Shown piece by piece: positions 57,281 through 64,000 of a stretch of DNA of 64,000 bases. A program made the position numbers and the translations under genes. Source of the stretch: Planctomycetota bacterium. GTDB taxonomy: Bacteria; Planctomycetota; OFTM77. Below the pieces are notes generated by a model, which did no database searches, had not been told where the DNA came from, and worked only from the letters and a program-made list of their open reading frames with translations. Position 1 is the first letter of the stretch. Each line of letters starts with the position of its first letter. Location of the stretch: contig JAJDCO010000055.1 in assembly GCA_029260795.1 (NCBI GenBank), positions 322-64,321 of the forward strand. The letters are read 5' to 3'.

Positions 57281-57946
57281 TCAACGCGATGCTTGTCCGC
57301 CCGCGCGATTCTGGGAGCCCGGGCTCGGCGTCTTCGGGACGGGCGCCGGATCGGGCTGCACCTCGACCGAATCATCTCCAGCCGGATCCCAGCCGAACCA
57401 CCCGACCACCCAATCCCCGAACTGCAGCGGAGACAATCCCAGTCGAACGCCACCGACCCCCAGGAACAGATTGACCTCGACGTCGAGCAGCGAGACGGGC
57501 TCGAAGGCGGGCGTCTCGTCTTGGCGGAACATCGACTTGTCGCCGAATCGGAACGGGATGAAGAACAGGAAGTTCCCGGCGCCGCCGATATGGCGTTCCG
57601 AATCCTGGACCGGATACGAGAAGCGCAGATTCTCTCCGCTTCCATCGCGGTCGACGCGCGGTCCGTCTCGCATCGCGGCCACCACCCAACCCGCGTTGAG
57701 CTCTTCCCACTCGCCGATGACGCCATCGCTCCAACCGGCGCGATAGGTCTGAGCCACGCCGAGGCCAGTGCCGAAGAACGGGGTGATGCGAAATCCGCCG
57801 TAAACGCCGACTCCGGTCGCGACCGAGATCGGCAGCACCTCGAGGCCATCGTGCAAGCGGTCGCGGAAGAACCGGTTCTCGACCTGGCACGAGACGCCGC
57901 AGAGGACCGCCAGCAATCCGGTCAATGCAGACAAGGTTTTGAGCAT
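57281..57946 (-). CDS. Hypothetical lipoprotein
   Basis: MLKTLSALTGLLAVLCGVSC lipobox; FFRDRLHDGLEV...QFGDWVVGWFGWDPAGDD. Confidence 0.7.
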   Translation of the reverse strand: MLKTLSALTGLLAVLCGVSCQVENRFFRDRLHDGLEVLPISVATGVGVYGGFRITPFFGTGLGVAQTYRAGWSDGVIGEWEELNAGWVVAAMRDGPRVDRDGSGENLRFSYPVQDSERHIGGAGNFLFFIPFRFGDKSMFRQDETPAFEPVSLLDVEVNLFLGVGGVRLGLSPLQFGDWVVGWFGWDPAGDDSVEVQPDPAPVPKTPSPGSQNRAGGQASR

Positions 57947-58143
57947 GGAGTGACCGCTCTCTAGGAGGTCCGTCGAGAGGGAGTGACGGACGCAGTGGAG
58001 GCGTATGCGTCTTTTACGGTGGGCGAGGGGGAGAGGCGAGGGTCCAAGGGGCGGACGTTCTCCCGCTTGTCCAGACGAGCTCAGGACGGTGAATGTTCCG
58101 TCTCTACGGGGCGTGAGACAAGCCTTTCCCCGGTCTCCGCTCC

Positions 58144-61100
58144 TCATTGGCCATCGACCGAGACCCGAGGAGCTGGGCCGTTCAGAAGGCTAATACTGTG
58201 CTCAGTCAACAGCTTACGATACTCGGAGATTGCACCGGCGAGGAAGGCGTCCACCTGCGCCCGCTCGCTCGTCAGACTGTGGTCCAAGGCCGTGAGGGCC
58301 TGTCGCTGTGCCTCGGTCGGCGCCTCCCACGACGCCCTCAGTGAGCCGAGGACGAAGCGCAATCGCATCTCGGCCCAGTCGCGGGCCTCGATTCCCTGCC
58401 GATCTTCGGGTCGAACGAAGAGCCGCTCGAGCTCGGTGATCCGCTCCCGAAGCTCTCGCCCCTTCTTCTCGAGATCGGCGAGGGGCGCCTTCGGGTGGTG
58501 GCCGATCTTATCGAGCGCGAGGTCGAGGTCGCGGCGGACCGCCCGGAGTCGAGCAGTCGCTTCGGCAGCGCGCTCCTGCCATTCGCCCACGGCGAGGATG
58601 GCATCCCACTTCGCTCGACGGTCCTCGGGTCGAATGTCCTGCCTCGGATCGGGAAAGACGTGCAGAGTCCGCGTGACTTCAACCTCACGAAAGCGCAGCG
58701 TGACGAGATAGGCCCCGGCGGGCACCTCGGGGCCACGTCGGTCGTCGTCGTCCGTCTCCTCGGTCAAGGAGCGAAACGCGTCACGACGGAGGTCCCAGAC
58801 CAGCCGTTGGAGGCCGGGCCTGGCCGGGAAATCTTCCTTCCGAACGACCTCACCGGACGCATCCTGCACCTCGAGCGTGAGCCTCTCGGCATCGGAGGGC
58901 TCCGGGCTGGCCGGAGACAGTAATGAGTAAGTCATCACCACCCCGTAAGGCACATTGACACCTCGGTACTCGGTGTGCCCGGGAAAGCGTGAAGCACCGG
59001 TCTGCCTCACTCGATACTGCTGTGCCGCGGGAAGAGAGTGCAGGGCGAGAGGGGCCGCCAGGCGGTGGTCGGTGAGATCGCGCAGCGGCGAGATGTCGTC
59101 GAGGATGTAGGCGGCTCGACCGTGGGTCCCGATGATGAGGTCGTGCGTGCGCGGATGCACGGTCAACGCCCGCACGCCGACGGTCGGCACGCCGTGACGC
59201 CAGCGCAGCCACTGCTGTCCCCCATCGACGGTGACCCAGAGGCCGAGCTCGGTGCCGAGGAAGAGCAGATCGGGATCGACGGGATCCTGCTCGATGACGT
59301 GGCAGTAGCCTTCGATCTCGTCGGTCGCGATCGAGGTCCAGGTCTCGCCGAAGTCGTCGGTGCGATAGACGTAGGGCGTCCAATCGGCGCGCCGATGGCC
59401 GTCGAGGACGACAAAGGCGCTGGCGGGATCGTGGGTCGAGGCCTCGACGTGCGGGATCCACGTCGGTTCGGGCAGTCCTGGCAGCCGTGCCTCGACGCTC
59501 GTCCACTGGGCTCCCCCGTCGCGGGTGACCTGGAGCCGCCCATCATCGGTGCCGACCCAGATCACGTCGCGCGATCGTGGGCTCGGTGCGATGGTGAGAA
59601 TCGTGGTGTGATTCTCGGCGCCCGTGACGTCGAGCGTGAGGCCGCCACTGCTGTGCTGAGTCTGGAGATCGACGCGGTTCGTGGTGAGGTCGGGACTGAT
59701 CAGGCGCCACGTGTCGCCGCGGTCTGTAGAGGTGTGGACGAACTGGCTCCCGAAGTAGAGGCCATCGGGCGCAAAGGGGTCGATCGCGAGCCCGGCGTTC
59801 CAGCTGAAGCGCAGCGGTGTGCCATCGGGGTGCACGGGCCGAATGTCCTGACGCTCTCCGGTCCGGAGGTCCCAGCGCTTGAGATGGCCCTCTTGGCTCA
59901 TCGAGTAGCCGGAGAGGGAATCCTGCGGATGGGGCAGAGTCGCGAATCCGTCTCCGAAGCCGACCTCGTCCCAATGGTGATTTCGGATGCCGCCGTTCTC
60001 CCAGATCTGGCTGGGGCCGCGCCAAGAGCCGTTGTCTTGCATGCCACCATAGACGTGGTACGGCAGGTCGTCATCGACACTCAGATGATAAAACTGCGCG
60101 AGAGGCAGGTTGGAGACGAAGCGCCAAGTCTCGCCTCGATCCCGGCTGATCGCGACGCCGCCATCGTTGCCATCGATCAAGGTCCGACCATCCTCCGGGT
60201 CGATCCACAGAGCGTGGTGATCCGGGTGTACGGGCGAGAAGGGCACCAGAGTTTCGAAAGTCCGGCCGCCATCGTTCGAGACGTCGACGACGCCGTGCAG
60301 GTTGTAGACGCGATCGGGGTCCAGCGGATCGACGCGCAGGTCGGCGTAGTAGAACGGCCGCGACGCGATGCCGGGAGTCGAGTTGACCGATCGCCAACGA
60401 CGACCGCCGTCGGTCGAGCGCAGCAGCGCGCTCTTTTCGGCCTCGACCAACGCGTACACGATGTCGGGATCCGACGGTGCAAACGCGATCCCGATGCGGC
60501 CGAGCTCGCCTGCCGGAAGACCGTCCGAAGCCGTCAAACGCTTCCAGGTCGCTCCCCCATCTTCGCTCAGGAACATCCCCGAGCCCGGTCCGCCCGATTC
60601 GAAGCGATGCGGCCAGCGGCGAGCCGTCCACATCGAGGCCAGCAGGCGATCGGGATGCCGAGGGTCGATGGCGAGATCCGCGGCTCCCGTGCGCTCATCG
60701 ACGAACAGCACGCGCCGCCAGGTCTTTCCGCCGTCCGTCGTCTTGAAGACCCCGCGCTCGGGGTTCTCGCCCCAGGCCGTGCCCGTCGCGGCCACCCAAA
60801 CGGTCTCGGGCTGCGTCGGATGCACGATCAAACGGTGGATGTGCTCGGTCTTCTCCAAGCCCAGATGCGTCCAGGTTTGGCCGCCGTCCCAAGTGCGATA
60901 GACACCGTTGCCGACCGAGGCGCTGTTGCGGAGGTTGCCTTCACCGGTTCCCACCCAGACGCGATCCGGGTCGCGCGGATCGAGTGCGATCGCTCCGATC
61001 GAGGCCACGGGCTGATCGTCGAAGAGCGGGCGGAATCGGAGACCACCGTCATCGGACCGCCACAAGCCACCGGTCGCGGCCCCGACATAGAGGACGCGCG

Positions 61101-61887
61101 GGTGGCCCTCCGAAGCAGCGATCGCCGCGACGCGCCCACTCATGCCGGCGGGTCCGATCGATCGGGCGCTCAGCCCGGAGAGTCGATCGACCGAGAGCCG
61201 GTGGTCGAGGCGCTGGATCCACAGATTGCGGAAACGCACCGGGTTGCCGTGATCTTGGAGCTGGATCGGACCCGGCTCGCTCGGATGCCCCCACCGCCCC
61301 GCGCCCGTGTACTCGACGGTGATCTCGACGTCGTCGTGAACGAGCGTTCCGTTCCACCACACCGAGAGGCGCGGATGCTCGCTCCGCTGTCCTTCGCCGT
61401 CGAAGCGCGGCGCGCGAAACACGATGTCGTAGCTCTGCCACTCGCCGGGCGGACGCGACACGTCGACGTCGGGTGTCTTGAAGCGGTAGATCGAGGCGCA
61501 GTCGATCTTCTCGAACGTGGGCTTCCCGTACGAATCGAGGATCTGCACCTCGTACCGGCCCTGCAGGTAGAGGCCGCTGTTGCCGCGCCCCTGTCCCTGG
61601 ACGCCGTCGGGACTCTCGGGCACCGCGAACTCGACGTGCAGCCGAAAGTCCTGGAACAGCTCCCGCGAGTACAGCGAGCCCGCCCCAGGGGCGACGACGA
61701 GCTCACCGTCCTCGATCGGCCAACCGACGTCGTAGCGATCCTTGTGACGCCAAGCGTCCGTCGAGGAGCCGTCGAACAATCGAACGATCTCGTCATCGCC
61801 GACAGCGAGCCCACCCGAGACGCAGAGCCAGCCGACGAGGATCGGCACACAGCGCAGCACGTTCGCAGCCTCCAACGAAGATCCCAT
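58144..61887 (-). CDS. DUF1080 (3-keto-disaccharide hydrolase-like) domain fused to VPS10/BNR-repeat beta-propeller protein
   Basis: LFDGSS...GNSGLYLQGRYEVQILDS...GPIQLQDHGNPVRFRNLWI, then RSIGPAGMSGR and many SxDGGxTW Asp-boxes, C-terminal coiled coil. Confidence 0.88.
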   Translation of the reverse strand: MGSSLEAANVLRCVPILVGWLCVSGGLAVGDDEIVRLFDGSSTDAWRHKDRYDVGWPIEDGELVVAPGAGSLYSRELFQDFRLHVEFAVPESPDGVQGQGRGNSGLYLQGRYEVQILDSYGKPTFEKIDCASIYRFKTPDVDVSRPPGEWQSYDIVFRAPRFDGEGQRSEHPRLSVWWNGTLVHDDVEITVEYTGAGRWGHPSEPGPIQLQDHGNPVRFRNLWIQRLDHRLSVDRLSGLSARSIGPAGMSGRVAAIAASEGHPRVLYVGAATGGLWRSDDGGLRFRPLFDDQPVASIGAIALDPRDPDRVWVGTGEGNLRNSASVGNGVYRTWDGGQTWTHLGLEKTEHIHRLIVHPTQPETVWVAATGTAWGENPERGVFKTTDGGKTWRRVLFVDERTGAADLAIDPRHPDRLLASMWTARRWPHRFESGGPGSGMFLSEDGGATWKRLTASDGLPAGELGRIGIAFAPSDPDIVYALVEAEKSALLRSTDGGRRWRSVNSTPGIASRPFYYADLRVDPLDPDRVYNLHGVVDVSNDGGRTFETLVPFSPVHPDHHALWIDPEDGRTLIDGNDGGVAISRDRGETWRFVSNLPLAQFYHLSVDDDLPYHVYGGMQDNGSWRGPSQIWENGGIRNHHWDEVGFGDGFATLPHPQDSLSGYSMSQEGHLKRWDLRTGERQDIRPVHPDGTPLRFSWNAGLAIDPFAPDGLYFGSQFVHTSTDRGDTWRLISPDLTTNRVDLQTQHSSGGLTLDVTGAENHTTILTIAPSPRSRDVIWVGTDDGRLQVTRDGGAQWTSVEARLPGLPEPTWIPHVEASTHDPASAFVVLDGHRRADWTPYVYRTDDFGETWTSIATDEIEGYCHVIEQDPVDPDLLFLGTELGLWVTVDGGQQWLRWRHGVPTVGVRALTVHPRTHDLIIGTHGRAAYILDDISPLRDLTDHRLAAPLALHSLPAAQQYRVRQTGASRFPGHTEYRGVNVPYGVVMTYSLLSPASPEPSDAERLTLEVQDASGEVVRKEDFPARPGLQRLVWDLRRDAFRSLTEETDDDDRRGPEVPAGAYLVTLRFREVEVTRTLHVFPDPRQDIRPEDRRAKWDAILAVGEWQERAAEATARLRAVRRDLDLALDKIGHHPKAPLADLEKKGRELRERITELERLFVRPEDRQGIEARDWAEMRLRFVLGSLRASWEAPTEAQRQALTALDHSLTSERAQVDAFLAGAISEYRKLLTEHSISLLNGPAPRVSVDGQ

Positions 61888-62002
61888 GCCCGCCGAGATG
61901 ATACGGGAACAGAAGCGTGGCGACCACCTCGGGTGAGACTGCCCGAGCCGGCGGAGAACCGAGTTGACGACGCTCACGTCACGGGCCCGGCGGGCGCCGC
62001 GC

Positions 62003-63280
62003 CTACGACTCGGAGCGCGCCAAGCGAATGCCGGTGAACTGCCAGCGTTGGTGGGGATAGAAGAAGTTGCGATACGTCGGCCGGACGTGATCGCGGGAGG
62101 TCGCGCAGGAGCCGCCGCGCAGGACCTGCTGGTTGCACATGAACTTGCCGTTGTACTCGCCGAGCGATCCCGGGTAAGGGCGGTAGCCCGGGTAGGGTGC
62201 ATACGCGCTCGCCGTCCATTCCCAAGCATCGCCGAAGAGCTGCTCCAGGCCGTCCTGAGGCTCGAGGGACGCGATGGGATGCAGCCACCCGCTCTCGACG
62301 CAGTTTCCTCGCCGGTCTCGTCCTTCGGTCGCCAGCTCCCACTCGGCCTCGAGGGGCAGTCGGGCGTCGGACCAGGTCGCGAAGGCATCGGCTTCGTAGT
62401 AGCTGACGTGACAGACCGGCTCGCTCGGCTCGACGGCGCGCGGTCCGTCGAGCGTCGCAACGTGCCACTCCTCGCCTTCTCGATGCCAGTACAGGGGTGC
62501 GCTCCAGCCCTCGACGCTCTTCGTCTGCCAACCGTCCGCCAGCCACAGCTCGGGTCGCTCGTATCCGCCCGCATCGATGAAGGCGAGATAGTCGGCGGCC
62601 GTGACCAGACGCTTCGACAGCTGGTAGGGCCTCAGCAAGACCTCGTGGCGAGGACGCTCGTTGTCGAAGGCGAACCCTTCACTCGAGGTCCCGATCTCGA
62701 GGCGACCGCCTTCGAAGTCGACCCAGGAGGAAGCGCGCGCATCGCGCCTCGGGCGCTCGCGACCGTCCGTCCGATAGGCGGACCGCAGCGGGTTGCCGGC
62801 CAGGACGTGCTTGATGTCGGTCAAGAGCAGCTCTTGGTGCTGCTGCTCGTGATTCAATCCGACCTCGAGGACCGTGCTCAGCCGCTCGACCCACTCGTCC
62901 GAAGCCTCGGCCAGGAGCTCGCCCATGTGCCGGTCGACATGCCGCCGGTACTTGAAGACCTCGTCTACGGTCGGCCGAGAGAGCAAGCCCCGTCGCGGCC
63001 GAGGATGCTGGTCGCCGACGGTGTCGTAGTACGAGTTGAAGAGCACCGCGAAGCGGTCGTCGAGTGGACGGTAACCATCGACCTCACGTTGAAGCACGAA
63101 GGTCTCGAAGAACCAGCTCGTGTGGGCCAGATGCCATTTCGTCGGGCTGACGTCGGGCATCGATTGCACGACGTAGTCTTCGGTCTCCAACGGCTCACAA
63201 AGTCGCTCGGTGAATCGACGAACACTCTCGTAGCCGGCCATCAAGCTCGGCTTGGTCGGGGGCAGCAAGGAGGCAGTCAC
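62003..63280 (-). CDS. egtB: Ergothioneine biosynthesis sulfoxide synthase
   Basis: SPTKWHLAHTSWFFE, FNSYY, HEQQHQELLLTDIKH, FGE-like domain WEWT, GEYNGKFM, YRNFF. Confidence 0.9.
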   Translation of the reverse strand: MTASLLPPTKPSLMAGYESVRRFTERLCEPLETEDYVVQSMPDVSPTKWHLAHTSWFFETFVLQREVDGYRPLDDRFAVLFNSYYDTVGDQHPRPRRGLLSRPTVDEVFKYRRHVDRHMGELLAEASDEWVERLSTVLEVGLNHEQQHQELLLTDIKHVLAGNPLRSAYRTDGRERPRRDARASSWVDFEGGRLEIGTSSEGFAFDNERPRHEVLLRPYQLSKRLVTAADYLAFIDAGGYERPELWLADGWQTKSVEGWSAPLYWHREGEEWHVATLDGPRAVEPSEPVCHVSYYEADAFATWSDARLPLEAEWELATEGRDRRGNCVESGWLHPIASLEPQDGLEQLFGDAWEWTASAYAPYPGYRPYPGSLGEYNGKFMCNQQVLRGGSCATSRDHVRPTYRNFFYPHQRWQFTGIRLARSES

Positions 63281-63296
63281 GACACCCTCTCCGCGG

Positions 63297-64000
63297 TCAG
63301 GGAATGATCGAGAACACGAATGACTCGAAGTCGAGGAGCGCTCCTCGCCTCAGTACGGCTGCCGCGAACGTGTAGCTGCCGAACGCGGCGGGGGGCAGAT
63401 TCGATGGCACGGGCAAGGAATAGGACAGGGACTTCTGCCCGAACGGGCCGACCGAGTCGAAGTGCACGTCGGGGTAGAGTGTGATTCCGACGGGCGTGAA
63501 GATCACGACACCCACTAGCACGTTCTCGGTGCGTCCCGTCGTTCCGTTCAAGTCGACCTGCGCCTGCAAGGACTCGCCTGGCCGCAGCACGATCGATCCC
63601 GTCGGCTGGGCGTCGACGGTCACGAGGGGCACGCGCTCGAAGACATAGTTGCCGCGGCTCGTGTCCCAGTTCGTCACTCCCAGATCCAGGGACTCCGAGT
63701 ACTGGTAGGTGACCTGCAAAGTCTGCTGGGGCGCACGGTCGAGGGCGATCCAGCCATCGGCGAGCTGCGAGCAGTACTGAGAGGGCGAGAGCGTCTGGCC
63801 ATCGACCTGGACCGACTCGATCGCATGCAGCGGTGACTGTGCGAGATAGAACGTCCGTCGAACGCCATCGCCCGGATGCGCCTCGGCGATCTTTCGACGC
63901 AGCCCATCTCCGTTGACGTCTCCAAGAAACAGAGCCTCGACGACGGTGTTGCGGCGGCTTTGCCACGCCGACGTGGCGGAGAGCTGGCCTCCGGCGTTGA
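63297..64000 (-). CDS. FG-GAP/VCBS repeat protein, C-terminal part (partial, runs off window end)
   Basis: Frame read by hand is open to the window end: AWQS...LFLGDVNGDG...(insert)...LDLGVTNWD, then a C-terminal beta domain. Confidence 0.7.
   Translation of the reverse strand, partial: NAGGQLSATSAWQSRRNTVVEALFLGDVNGDGLRRKIAEAHPGDGVRRTFYLAQSPLHAIESVQVDGQTLSPSQYCSQLADGWIALDRAPQQTLQVTYQYSESLDLGVTNWDTSRGNYVFERVPLVTVDAQPTGSIVLRPGESLQAQVDLNGTTGRTENVLVGVVIFTPVGITLYPDVHFDSVGPFGQKSLSYSLPVPSNLPPAAFGSYTFAAAVLRRGALLDFESFVFSIIP

Noticed and set aside
59038-62037. 999-aa plus-strand ORF
   Set aside because: Antisense shadow of the DUF1080/VPS10 gene; no motifs; typical high-GC artefact
61888-62574. N-terminal extension making the VPS10 protein 1476 aa
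   Set aside because: Overlaps egtB in another frame, low-complexity Arg/Ser-rich; signal peptide begins near 61887
62003-63280. Selenoneine synthase SenA or ovothiol synthase OvoA
   Set aside because: No senB/senC neighbours and no C-terminal methyltransferase domain; motifs fit EgtB
1-64000. rRNA, tRNA, transposase, integrase or prophage genes
   Set aside because: No recognisable motifs in ORFs or intergenic regions by eye; a divergent small RNA could have been missed

Overview
High-GC bacterial chromosome segment, most likely Planctomycetota (inferred from an ECF sigma with tandem Zn-ribbon Ser/Thr kinases, a HEAT-VWA protein, a DUF1570-like metallopeptidase, a DUF1080 fusion and secreted peptidases). 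About 50 CDS; no rRNA, tRNA, CRISPR array, transposase or prophage was recognised. Main modules: a VapBC toxin-antitoxin pair; a decayed MBOAT/Trm112 remnant; lutABC lactate utilisation; a divergent cbb3-type heme-copper oxidase operon (DUF4405, membrane protein, ccoN, ccoO, ccoS-like, a 58-aa peptide absent from the ORF track, ccoI, DsbD-like) with no di-haem CcoP, sitting opposite a catalytically degenerate sigma54 activator with -24/-12 promoters on both sides; many secreted hydrolases; a globin/MCP-remnant plus REC-PP2C-kinase partner-switch pair; a stand-alone NuoF-like flavoprotein with a ribbon-helix-helix-like tail; map, hisN, glk, fpg-like and egtB. Several intergenic REP/REPIN-like repeat families are present, one showing stem covariation. 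All family assignments come from motif recognition by eye, not database searches.
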